NCBI GenBank assembly: GCA_964035545.1
Contig: CAXIUT010000018.1
Span: 1-21,023, forward strand
Origin: Bugula neritina
Taxonomy: Eukaryota > Animalia > Bryozoa
Direction of reading: 5' to 3'
DNA: 21,023 nt
Shown: positions 1-11,435 of the stretch, piece after piece
Layout: every line of letters begins with the position of its first letter
How positions within the stretch are numbered: the first letter of the stretch is position 1
The notes under the pieces: model-generated
Told to the model about the DNA's origin: nothing
Databases searched by the model: none
Seen by the model: only the letters and a program-made list of their open reading frames with translations
Translations under genes and position numbers: made by a program

Positions 1-102
1 CCCCAAACCCCAAACCCCAACCCCAACCCCAACCCCACCAACCCCAACCCCAACCCCAACCCCCAACCCCAACCCCAACCCCAACCCCAACCCCAACCCC
101 AA
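1..102 (+). repeat. Left telomere, (CCCCAA)n, with a few variant units (CCCCAAA, CCCCACCAA, C5)
   Basis: Tandem C4A2 repeats at the sequence end; same repeat as Tetrahymena-type ciliate telomeres. Confidence 0.97.
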
Positions 103-182
103 GATTTGATTATGAAATAGCTATTGGAATAAGAGTTATATTAAAATACTATTGATATGTTTATGATTAATTTTGATACTAT

Positions 183-1387
183 TCAGTTATTTTATGTATT
201 TTATGACTATTCCTATCTTTTTAATGGAACATCTTCAGTTATCATCATCTCGTTATCATTATCCAACTAAATTTTATTATTCTATCCAGAAGTTATCATC
301 TCAACTTCCTAGTTCCTTTGCAACTCCTATCTCTATTCTTAAAGGATTTTCTTTTTTCCTGTCTATGCTTTTTATTTATAGTTGAGGTATACTTCTAACA
401 TTATTGCTGTAAATACTACTAACATCCCTGTAGTTTGTCTCTTATTGAGTGTGTGTCCGAAGTATATGATATTCACAATCACTGTCACACACTTTCTAGT
501 TGCTATTACGAAAGGAGCCACATGCTGCTTGAAGAGTTTTATCATTCTATAAATTACTAACTGACCTACAGCGTTGAGAACAGAAAAATAAAGAATGTCT
601 CGTTGAAATTCACTATGGTTAATTATATAGGTGTAAATGTATTCGAGTTGTTGAGTTATTGTGGCGTAGGCTAGAGAGACCAGACATGTGTACATGTTGA
701 TAGAGAAGTACATATCGATTACTCCTGGGTTAAATTCTGACTTTATCTAAGCTTGCAGATCGGGAAGCATGCCATCTCCTATCAGAGAGACTACTAGAGG
801 AGAAGACTGATCAAACTGAGAGATCTATTGTTGCCTTTTTATTACTATTTGAAAAAATTGAACATGAATATGCCAATAGAAACCATTAGACCAATCCAGA
901 GTTTGTTTTTTGATAGTTTGAGTTTTTATTCTTTACTCTCGAGCAAAAGAGAGCTACTAGGATCACTGAGAGGAGGCTACAGGATTTTACCATGACTACT
1001 GCTGGAAATGAAGCATTTTGAATGGCTTTATTGTAGGTTATCATGCAGAGGTTTATCACTAAACTGCAGTAAATGGCATTTCTCCAAGGAATATCGATTG
1101 GCACTTGTTGGTATTGCTTATGTAGAAACAAGCGGATGAAGAAGCCAATGAGGGTGCAGATGAGTTGTGGAAGAAGGTGAAGATGATGGCTGATTCGAAG
1201 GTAGTTTCTGACTGGTCGAGGTCGTTGACGTATGAATGTTTGAGTCTTGGTGGTGGAATAAATACAATTTTTAGTGGTAGATGCCTGAGGTAATGTAGCA
1301 GGAGTAGATGAGAGCGACGTAGAGGATGAATTCTAGACTAGTTTTGATGATGCTGGTTAGACTTTGCGGATCAGTTAGTAGAGGCAT
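183..1387 (-). CDS. Nucleotide-sugar (UDP-galactose/UAA family, SLC35B1/HUT1-like) transporter, ~395 aa; one 20-nt intron and three apparent 1-nt deletions
   Basis: With UAR=Glu: MPLLTDPQ...CYITSGIYHEKL...NASFPAVVMVKSCSLLSVILV...SLIGDGMLPDLQAEIKSEF...NAVGQLVIYRMIKLF...ATRKCVTVIVNIIYFGH, typical SLC35B motifs. TGA at 183-185. Frame breaks near 1172, 925 and 798. Confidence 0.85.
1246..1265 (-). other. 20-nt spliceosomal intron (GTATTTATTCCACCACCAAG)
   Basis: GTA...AG; removal gives EKL/LKHSYVND; A at -6. Confidence 0.7.
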
Positions 1388-1434
1388 TATTGAGTGATTA
1401 TAATAGTGATAATAATAATAGTGAATAAAATAAA

Positions 1435-2808
1435 ATGTTTTCACTGCCTGGCCTACCTTTACTAGGCAAGAAGTAGCCTTCTAGTCAGATAAGACACTAA
1501 CTGAACAACGAAGGATGTCGTTGTCCTTTATGTCAGAAGGTGAATATAAAGGAAAATATGTTATTTTCCTTGGGACTGTATATTGATCGAGGTTCATAGT
1601 AGTATAACCCTTTGCATCATAAATAGACCTATTTAGATATGATAGACTAATTGATGGTTTGGGACAAATATGCTCGTAAGTTACGATATTGTTTGCCTGA
1701 AATATGTGTATTTTACAACAGCAATCCAGTTCATCTGCTGACCAAGTCAAAAGATACTGCTTCTATCAAGTTGATTCGTAATAAATCCAAGTTGAATATG
1801 TTCGAGTTGCAACATTTCTTTTTGGATGGGTATTTATCACATTTTCCCTAGACTGTTAATAAAAAAAGGTAAAAACATTAATTCAAGTAAAAAATGAGAC
1901 AAATTTGTATCATTGCAGCCAAGTATAGTAAAAATGTTACTTGTCTTTTGACACTCGACCAACTAGGCAACATGTTTAAATCTAAATTCAAGTATATGAG
2001 AGAAGATCTCATGTATTTGCAGACTTTAGTTGGAGCTCAACATTCTGCTTAGTTCATGCTGAAAGTTAATATCTCTGTCTTGGAAAAAGAATAGCCTTAA
2101 ATCTATCAAAGGGCGAAGACAGAAGCATCTATCTTTGTTGGAGAGATTAAAATAACTGATCCCGAGTACTACTCTTAGAAGTAGTAGATCTAGTATGAAA
2201 AAAAACTAAGAAGGGAAAATAAGAAAGGATATTTGATATACCAGTCTTTGAAGATAGTCTTAATATCATCCAAGTTAAAACCTGATATTATTACTGAGAG
2301 TGTATTCAAATGGACTTGTGTGAAAGGAAATGATTTTCTTTGGGATATAAGGATCCTTTAAGTAGAGAAAAGTGCTCCTTATTGCCAGAGTTCTGGAATG
2401 CAGGCTCTTTAGATCAAATTGCAAAAAACCATGAGCATGATTTAATTTGGGGCATAAACTGAGAAAGAACTGGTTGATCCAAACAAATTGAGTCCTAAAA
2501 CCAAGGAGATGAGTCGGTGGTTATAGAAAAGTACTTAGGATGAATGGAATTAGATGAAGATAATAAGGACTCGGTTGTAGAAGTTGGAGAGCGAGAAGAA
2601 GACTTTATTGGAGAGTCAGAAGTAAGGCAATTTGGGTAGCAAAATGTTTAGAATGAGAAATATGGAAAAGGGATTCAAAAGATATGATGAGCCAGTCTTT
2701 TAACCCATAAATGGGATGATTAGTTAGCCTTTAATATCATAGATTCATCTAATTCTCTATATTTTGGACTAAAATACTTCAATAAACTATGAAGTTAAGG
2801 GTGATTGA
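1435..2808 (+). CDS. Hypothetical protein, 457 aa
   Basis: Uninterrupted TGA-free frame from ATG 1435 (MFSLPGLPLLGKKEPSSQIRHELNNEGCRCPLCQKV...) to TGA TGA at 2806-2811; divergent from the transporter across 47 bp. Confidence 0.8.
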
Positions 2809-2828
2809 TGATATAAAATAATATAGAA

Positions 2829-3320
2829 TCATTTAAGCCATTTTAGGTATTATACTTCTCTTTTGAGTTCTATTTTTTTTTATTATTCAACTATTGACGG
2901 GTCATAATCTTCTAGTTATTTTTTTAGTCGATTGTACTAAACTCTTTATTTCCAACTATGTTGCGAACACATTGCCATTTGATGTTTTAGGTGTTATTTC
3001 TTCATATATCTTGTTATTTTCCATCCTACAAAAATACTACCTATGATCAATAGTGTCACACCTAAATATATAAAATTCTTTAGTCCGTTTTTTATCTTAC
3101 CTATCATAGTATACTTCTATTGAACTGGTCTATCGTATTATCTTTTGTAGTTTTTTGTCATTTTTTAAGGTTTTTATCTGAAACTGTTGATGAGACTGGC
3201 AAATCCTTTACCCAAATAGCTGCCTGTTTTAATAACTCCTGGGTTTCCTCTTCCTGTTCTTCTTCTGCCTCCATTAGCATAAACTAGAAGAAGAATAAAA
3301 ATAAGAAGTTGTATTTTCAT
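2829..3320 (-). CDS. Hypothetical single-pass membrane protein, 163 aa (signal peptide plus one TM helix)
   Basis: MKIQLLIFILLLVYANG... then FIYLGVTLLIIGSIFVGWKI, then charged tail ...KREVEYLKWLK-TGA. Confidence 0.75.
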
Positions 3321-4069
3321 TGTTTCTAAAATCCAATTAGTAATAATTGATAACAATCTAACAATAAAGATTGGTATTAGTGTAGAAATTTGTTAATAAG
3401 TGTATGAAAAATAAAAATATGATGAAAAGGATAGTTATTACATTGAATTGAGTTAATTATAAATAAAATAAATAAGATAGATCATTATTAATCAGTTGAT
3501 TGATTTAGAAAACTTAATAAAAAAAAAATTATAGAAAATTTTAATATCTCAATTAATTTCAAATTGTTAATACTTCCGAGGTTTTTAATATTTTTTTAAT
3601 TGATAATTCTAATTGGCTAGTATAAAAAAATAATCGATCTAGTATCGATGAATTGATCTATATTTAAAGAAATTGTCTTCAAATTGTTTAATATCTTATT
3701 TATAATCATAAACATCGAGTTAATATTTAAACTTGAAAAGCAGCAAGACAGTTATAAAATAAAGGGCACATTTGATGAGTATTAATAAAAACTATTTTGA
3801 TGATAAAATCTATTCAGGAAAGTAGAAGAAGATATTTTTTGTTTATTGATTTATTTATTGTTTCAGATATAAAATTATAAAAGAGAAACTTTCTCAATAC
3901 TATAATATATTTGTACTAAAATAATCGTATTAATGATACTAGTCATAGATTGTGTATTCTTAATTATTGAATTAAAATCTCTAAAACATGATTTTTAAGA
4001 AATGCACATTTTATAATTTTACCAATTTGATTTCTATTTGCCTAGTGCTATTTTATAATTCAATAACAA

Positions 4070-4774
4070 ATGGCAAGAGTGCCTCAATCTGACCCTCTGA
4101 CTTAAGCTATGTATAACTATGAACCTATAGAAAATGGAGTGCAACTATACCTTCACAGATTAAAAGCAAAAGATATTTAGAGTTTCAACCGTGTTCGCCG
4201 CAACAATGTTGACATTCCTTACTTTTTAGACAGTATGATATCAGAAATTCAACAGGTCATATAAATGCAAATCTATGCATTCTTTAACAATAATACTCAC
4301 TAAAGTGATATCAGATAAAGGCTAGAAGAAAAAGTAAGAGTCAATAACTAAGAATTGAATATCCTTTCAGATATTTCTAGGTTGGAAAATCGTCTATTGG
4401 GATGGCTTATCAGCAATAATTAATAGTCTTCAAGATTTTTCACTGACTTTGCTTCAGAATTATACCATTTTAAAAAGTAGATCAGGAAAGAACACAAATA
4501 TATGAGGGATTTTTTGTTAAAAGAAAAAAATAAGTAGTTTATAATGAATGAACTTGAGGAAGAAATAAGTTTTGAAAAGTCTCAAGTTAGAAATAACAGT
4601 GTAGTATTGCCGAAAGTGGATTAGAAGCAACATGGTAAAGTCACTGAGAAAGGTTCTAGCCATAGAGTAGGAACACCAAATAAACGTGGGAAAAAATGCA
4701 TTGAAAAAATATAAAAATCTGAATACGATCTGAGAAAAGTTCTTTTCTAAAAACTTAAAAAACACAGTCATTGA
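4070..4774 (+). CDS. Hypothetical protein, 234 aa
   Basis: TGA-free frame MARVPQSDPLTEAMYNYEPIENGVQLYLHRL...FEKLKKHSH-TGA, flanked by AT-rich non-coding DNA. Confidence 0.75.
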
Positions 4775-5193
4775 TTTTATGCTTTATTTTTAAACTTTAA
4801 TAAATCATTCATATATAATTTGCAATAATAACTTGCCTTTAAATAACATCAAAAATACTCTATTTAAAATAAAAAATTAAAGAAGCAATAAATTAGCTTT
4901 ATTTTAAATACATCAAATAAGGCCAAATATACTTTTCATCAATCAACGAATTTTATATTCTTATTTATATTTACATCTAGCTCGATATCCAATCTATTTT
5001 TTGATATTATTCCTTTAAATTTACAAAAGGCTTATGGTTTATCAATTTATTAAATTCTTTTCAATAAAAGAACCTTTCAAGATGAATGGAATTCATAGCA
5101 TATTCTGAGTTAGAGTTAAATAATGTATATTTGTGAGTTTACTTTATACTATAAATCTATGATAATATGATCATCAAAATAAAACAATTTCAA

Positions 5194-8100
5194 TCATTCT
5201 TTATTACTTTTTGTGTCCATTATTTTTTGTAATTTTCTTTACAGATCATCATCAAGTTTCATCTTTTATTTAAATCTTCTGGGATCGAAGGGAGTCTCCT
5301 CTCTCTAATATTATTATTCTCCACTATCATCCTAACCTTAATTTTATTAATCTCCCTCATAATCCTATTCATCTTCGTTCTATTAGTCGTGCTCTGTAGT
5401 TTGAAATTCTACGTTGATATTTCTAACTTAATCTGTGAAAATAAGGTCTTGTTCTTTTCTTTTGACCCAGGGTGGCTCAGGTCTATTCTCTACCTCTGAA
5501 ATACTCAGACACTCTAAGATAAAAGTTGGATTGATTTTGGGAGAATACTAAAGAAAGAGCTGTTTGGCATAGGGCATAAGGTAACAAAATTTAGTTCTCT
5601 AAATATACAGATAAATACCAGAATGAAATTAGATAGCTAGATGTCAATATTGTCTGCACTTTATCCTAACATTGACCTGAATAAATGGAATTATATTATC
5701 TTTTTTTATTTAGTAGTTTAAGACTACTTGTTTTTTAAGCTTTGGAAGAGAAGCCGGCTTAGAGTTTATACTATATCGCTTCTTTGAAAATGTTATTTAG
5801 CTGGAAGAAGGTCTCTAACAAATATCTAGTGGGCTTTTTTTTTATCCCCATTAGCCAAGTGACAAATAAACAAATTGTAGTTCAAATAATGCAGCTAGTT
5901 ATACTTAGTTTAAGCTTATATTATAATCTATAATCCTTCCTAGTTTTATGGGGTTTACTATTCTGTGTTATTGGGCGGGTTTTATTCCATGTCCATAAGG
6001 GTCTTTTATTTGATAGCTAGAGTTAATTGATTGATTGCTTATTACAGTTGTCCCAGATGGAAATATTTTATCCCTAAATAGCAATGATACTCCATTCTAT
6101 TAAAAAACATGACCTTCTCAGGATCACTTTATTCTATCTACCACTGACCTAGCATTATGTTGCATATCATTTGATCTGCAGGTGATTGTAGCTTTGTCTT
6201 GGCCTAACTTATGCGCAGCTATTTGAAGTGGATTAAAGTCTAAAGTTGTAGTCTTTGCCTTTAGTCCACTATCTATTCCAGACAGTTAAAGGCTAGGTCG
6301 TATTATTTTGATATGTAAAAAAGAGAACATTATAATGCTTTTATATCCACTGAAGGGTTTAAGTCTTTGTATTTTTTGAGGTCGTCAAGTCCTTTTGAGC
6401 TTTGGTCGTTGGCGAATAGAAGTTTGGACCTTTATAGGTATGCTTGAGGGTATTTTTAATCTAGGTTGATGCAGATGTTGAAGTCATTGAGAGATTGTTT
6501 GGTATTTCCAAGAGTTCTATATATTTTAGTGATTACTCATGTGCAAGTGCTCTGTAGAAGAAATACTTGGCAACATTTTACTATGATTTCGAGATGGCTT
6601 TGATGATATCTTGGAGGCCTTCTTATGTTTTACCCAGATATAAATAAATCAATGCTCTTAAATATAACATATTCGAGTTGGAATCGTTGACATCATAGGC
6701 TTTATCTAGCTCTTTTAAAGCAATGAACAACTATTCCAGAGTCTGCAACTAATCCTATATCAAATTAAAAATACTTCATCTTTCATAGCTTTTGTTTTTT
6801 ATGCAAAAGTCATGGCTCTGTAAATATAAGGTTCTATCTTCATGTTGGGAGAACCTGCGCATATGACGATTTGTGCGTTATCAAATTTTTACAAAGCTTA
6901 AGTAAATAGTTGTTTTTGTACGAGTACTATACCCTATGCGATGAGTTGATTGTAGATGATATGTTTATCTTTGAGCGTGAACTACTAATTGACGAGATAG
7001 TCTTGGATGGCTTCTTGGTGTTGACTGAGCATGAAGTGTCCAAAGGCTCTATAGAGGTAGAAGAGTTGATTGAAATAAGATCCAAGTTAGTATTACTTTT
7101 GTAGTTTATTGAGATTATAAACTCCTTCTTTGATTTTTCTTTTCATTAGAAAAACAACACCCTCAGCAAACAACTTATACTTATCGATGTCTACTGAAGT
7201 GACATTCAAGAAAGAAGAACGATTGATGTGATAGTTGGCACTATAAAAATCTCTATCTTAGATTTTAGATTTAGCTATTTCAACTAGTGAATTAGCCACC
7301 GACTCAACACTATTGTTTATTCTGATACATCTTTAAAAGGAAAGAAGGCCTCCTTTTTTGTTATTTTAATAAAACTGGATCAAGCCTTTATAATAGTACA
7401 AATCACTATTCTAGTTGTCTATTTGCTCAAGTTGGCTTACATCTTTTTTACATTCTTTCATCTTCTTCATTGAGTGATTTATCTTCAAACGCTACAGTAG
7501 TATTTTTGGTCTCAGTTTGTTCTACTGGTCTGCATACAAAGCAGAATTCAAACTTGCCATGCAATTTGATATTCTTCCCAACTTTTTCAAGCAAAGGGAA
7601 TAATTAAGAAGTATTTAAGGGTTATCTTTTTTTATTTTTAAGACAGTTTAGTAATCACAAACAGCTTATTTATAATTTTCTTGATGTTAGTATAATTTTG
7701 TTCTGTAGAGATTCAAATCAAAGTAATCTGGATATTTATAAAGTCCTTTATCTACTATCTATAAAGCTTATTCGATCTTTTATAAGTTTTTTGCAGCAAT
7801 AGCACTAAAAAGATAAACTGTTTTTTTGTTGAAAGTGGGAAAAGATTTGATGAGATTGCTTAAAAGATCAAAAGCTTTGAGATAGTTGTGTTTGGTGAGA
7901 TGACACAGAGCTGCATAGTAGTGTGCTTCAGGCATATCTGGGTGTTTATCGATAGTGAGTTAAAACAATTTTAAAGCTTATGAATTTTTACCTTCTTTGT
8001 ACAATTTTCTTGCTTATTCGTAGTAGTTAAGGTCTGAGGGAAGGACTGGATTGGCACTGAGATACTGGGTGGTTTGTTCTTTGAGTTTCTTTTTGAGACT

Positions 8101-8446
8101 GCCACTGATAGATTTCCTTCTTATTTTGAAGATATCTTGTTTATCTGTAGAATCCTACTTTCTGGTTGTCAGTGCTGGCTCTTTAGAATATCGATGTTTT
8201 TTATCATGCTAGTTACTTTGATATATGTGAAAGGATTAATGCCCTTTTTGTTCTTTATCGCTATCTTTGTAACGATGATTGGTCTTTAACTATGCTAGAT
8301 TTAATTTCTATATTTTAGGTCTGTGTTATTGGGACTATTCCTGCTTTTTTGATTGTTTTGGTTGTGATTTTCTGAATGATTGATCTTTTTGTTTGTCTTT
8401 GAAGACTAGTTGTGCTTCATAGATGTTTTTCAGACGGGCCTAGTTG
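5194..8446 (-). CDS. Tetratricopeptide-repeat protein, >=1063 aa, 5'-truncated at the internal telomere; three 20-nt introns
   Basis: Many TPR-like helices (EALKLFELTIDKHPDMPEAHYYAALCHL; AISKSEENVAKYFFYRALAH; LDEKYPQAYLERSKL), C-terminal VENRPEPPWVKR and an acidic tail. The frame is open up to 8445, with no ATG in the first ~165 codons. Confidence 0.88.
5599..5618 (-). other. 20-nt intron (GTATTTATCTGTATATTTAG)
   Basis: Removal restores the frame into the ENRPEPPW motif; A at -6. Confidence 0.8.
6517..6536 (-). other. 20-nt intron (GTAATCACTAAAATATATAG)
   Basis: Removal restores the TPR frame RALAHE/TLGNTKQSLNDF; A at -6. Confidence 0.85.
6755..6774 (-). other. 20-nt intron (GTATTTTTAATTTGATATAG)
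   Basis: Removal restores the frame into ALKELDKAYDVN; A at -6. Confidence 0.85.
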
Positions 8447-8521
8447 CCCAACCCCAACCCCAACCCCAACCCCAACCCCAACCCCAACCCCAACCCCAAC
8501 CCCAACCCCAACCCCAACCCC
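8447..8521 (+). repeat. Internal telomere tract (CCCCAA)x~12, oriented as the left end of the downstream segment
   Basis: 75 bp of perfect C4A2 directly abutting TPR coding sequence. Confidence 0.97.
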
Positions 8522-8835
8522 TTATTTATAATTATATTGATTGTTTTAACTTATATTAATTATTCATGATGATATTTGTGATTCCCCTTCTTGACATTGA
8601 TGAGGCCATCCAATAAGTCTGATCTTTCACTAAGCTATACAGTTCAAGCACTATTCTTTCATTTGTTTTAGCTGAGGTAGTTTTTACCATACTACCATTG
8701 TTGAGACATTGTTGATGATCTTCATTTATCGACAATGACAACAATCTTTATTTCAAAGCTATATTTCAATTGGAACTTTGTTGAATAGATATTAGATAGA
8801 GATGGTATTGATTGTATTAGTTATTATAATTCTGA

Positions 8836-9462
8836 ATGTAGAAACCCAACAAACATAAAAATACTACTAAGTCATCTTCTTTACCTAAACAGAATAATCA
8901 AAAAGTATCAAAATAGTCAAAATTACAAAAATTGGTCAAAACTAGTGATCACTTTGATTTCATAGAGAATGGAAAAATCAAATGCACATTGACTGGACAT
9001 TAGTTTGGTCCTACTTTATAAAACTATTAAAGCTACTTGAAGTCGAAATCCTATAAAAAAGGACTATAAAGTCAATTTGATATTTCTTAGCTAGAAGAAT
9101 ATCTGGTGCCTTTCAAAGGAAATAAAAACTTTCTGTTTTGTAGATTAACTGGGGCAAAATTACCAAAAAAAAAAACTGCTATTCAAAGACATATCAATAG
9201 TAGTAAATTCAAATTCAGAAAATAAAAAAGTAAATCTTTCCTTTATTCAGTTTAATAAGGTCAAGCTGAAGAGTAAAAAGAGGAAGAAGAGGAAGAAGAA
9301 ATCGAGGAAGATGAAGAGTAGGAAGAAATCGAAGAAGATGAAGAGGAAGAGTAGGAAGAAATCGAAGAAGATGAAGAGGAAGAGGAAATCGATGAATAGT
9401 AAGAAGAGTAAGAGGTGAAGATGAAGCCAGTAAAGAATGGCAAGCATAAGTCAAAGAAGTGA
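8836..9462 (+). CDS. SURF2: Surfeit locus protein 2 homologue, ~200-208 aa, acidic tail
   Basis: GKIKCTLTGHEF...YLKSKSYKK...FDISELEEYLVPFKGNKNFLFCRLTGAKL...IQRHINSSKF matches the SURF2 pattern (CxLTGHE...LFCxLT...H). Possible in-frame 21-nt intron at 9230-9250. Confidence 0.85.
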
Positions 9463-9505
9463 TAGTGGTTGCAATTGACTTTGTATGAATATAACATAAA
9501 TTAAA

Positions 9506-11289
9506 TCAATCATCTTCTTTATGCATAAGTTCTTGTATTCTTTGTGTTATTTTTTGTCTTTGGGTTTAATTTTCTTCTAGAATTTTATCGCCAAGTTCTA
9601 ACACTTTGATCTTTGTTCTATCACAGATAGCTGCAACCATTCCTAAATTTGATTCGGTCCAGGTCAATCCCTCTCCAACTCCTACTGCCCATTCTACTTT
9701 ACCTTCCACCCAATCTACAACAACGAACTCCTGTTAAATAAAGCCAGCTATTTTACAGCCATTATTAATCCATCCCCATTAGTATCCTTCTTCAATACTT
9801 TCTAGATGCTCTCTTTGCTGCTAGGAATAAATTCGAGAGTAGCTATCTCCTCCATTAGCTATAAAGAGTCCGTGTCTGTTATAGGAGATGGAAGTGATGG
9901 GATATGAGAGTGGCTCATAGGCATAGGTGATGGGATTGGGATAAAGATGTCTTATTTATGGTCTAGTATTGAGGATAGTAGCTATAGAATCAATTTGATC
10001 TATTCTATTGGCTTTACAGACTTTTTAGATGTGTGCTTTTATCTATCGGACATTTTTAGGAAGGAGATTCAATAGAAAAGGGTAAACTGTGGGTCTAAAT
10101 TTTATACCTGATTGCATGTCTAGCATTAATTTACCTTCCGAATTGGAGAAGTGGTTGATTGGAGCTAGAGTTGCTCGAAGTACGCTTCCTCCTTATGATC
10201 CAACTACAAATATATTCTTGTTGATATAGGATTGATTCATTGTTAAGCCACTCACTGGGATTACAACATTTTATTTCTTTCTTAACATTAAAAAACCTTT
10301 TATTGGATACTTCAACAAAGACTTTGATTTTGTTTATTCAGTTAGTGCTTGATTAGTCACTTACCAAAGTAAAATTTTACCATCAGAACCTAAAGATAGT
10401 AAGTTATGTTGAGTTTATGGCTTACCTGGAGGACGATAAGCCCACCAGTTGAGTTTAGTTATGCAATCTTTATGGAAGTAATCGTCTACTATTGTCTTTC
10501 CTAGTTGTGAGCTATCCTTTTTAGAGAAGTCGAAAAGATAGATCTATCCGATATAGGTTCCTACGGCTAAGATGGAAGGCTTTTTTGGATGAAAACTGAT
10601 GCAATTGATGCAATTCTATATGATGAATGGTGTACAGGAACCGATATTACTTCTGGTTTTGAAGGCTTAAAGTTTCTTTTGAAGATTCCCCATAGACAAA
10701 TCATTGACTTATGTGAACAGGTGGTTTAGTGCTAAAATTTAGCATACCCTGCTGCTATGATAACTCCTGAAGCATTCCAACTAACACATGACACATCCAG
10801 ATGATCTTCGTTAGGATTGTCTAGGTTCTATAGAGTGTGAGCGAGCCTGGACTATCTTTTGAAAGAAACTTCATTGTCTTTGCCAAAACCTAAATCTAAA
10901 TTAAAGTACGTCCATAGAGTGGCAAATTCTACTATAGTTACTTTTACATGAGCGGGGTGATCTTTCTTAGAAACCTTTAGACCTTTTTGAGGTTATCTCC
11001 TTCGAGCTATACTTATTAGTTTTAATTGTTTTGATGGATTTGACTTTTATGCATATCTTCTTCTATTTATTTTTGGATAAGAGAGGGACTAACTTGAACA
11101 TCTATTGATGTTTTTTACGAGTTGCGGATCATCGTTTCAATTTTGATTTATTTAGTAGCAAATTCGTCAGTTATGGTGCCTCTTCCTTGTTTGCCTCCTT
11201 CAGACTACTGTGCTAAACTTGGTTAGAGACAAGTACTTATAGCTAAGAACAGGAGGTTCAAAGTCATCAAGATAAAGTTATCGACGCAT
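9506..11289 (-). CDS. WDR34: IFT dynein-2 intermediate chain WDR34/DYNC2I2 (FAP133)-like WD40 protein, ~574 aa, three tiny introns
   Basis: FLRKITPLMEKELEEN; VSCVSWNASGVIIAAGYAKFEH; CISFHPKKPSILAVGTYIGEIYLFD; LLSLGSDGKILLW; FVVGSEGG correspond to WDR34 motifs as I recall them. Confidence 0.85.
10616..10635 (-). other. 20-nt intron (GTACACCATTCATCATATAG)
   Basis: Removal gives VISVP/NCINCISFHP in the WD repeat; A at -6. Confidence 0.88.
10890..10909 (-). other. 20-nt intron (GTACTTTAATTTAGATTTAG)
   Basis: Needed to join ELEENLPLYG to the SWNASG frame; A at -6. Confidence 0.82.
11218..11236 (-). other. 19-nt intron (GTACTTGTCTCTAACCAAG)
   Basis: Needed to join ATG 11289 to the main frame (the unspliced frame hits TGA); A at -6. 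Confidence 0.7.
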
Positions 11290-11435
11290 CCTTTTTAAAT
11301 ATTATCAAGATTCTTAATTATTAAACAAGATAATCAATTTGACTTTTCTATTTGCTAAAAAATTAAATAATAGGAGATTAAATCATAAGGTTGCTATTAA
11401 TAAATAATAATTAGGACAGAAAGTCTAAAATAGAG

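Noticed and set aside
103-130. TATTG 14-26 nt inside each of the three telomeres as a Euplotes-like breakage signal
   Set aside because: The distance is not fixed and the motif is common in AT-rich DNA; three ends are too few to support it.
4111-4130. 20-nt GTA...TAG lookalike in the 4070-4774 gene
   Set aside because: The frame is open without splicing, removal leads to an early TGA, and -6 is C.
4775-5193. Short - strand frame between the convergent genes
   Set aside because: Interrupted by TGA, very AT-rich, length expected by chance.
8522-8835. Possible gene fragment next to the internal telomere (- strand frame running into the telomere without TGA)
   Set aside because: No recognisable homology, no consistent start or intron; frames of this length are common with only one stop codon.
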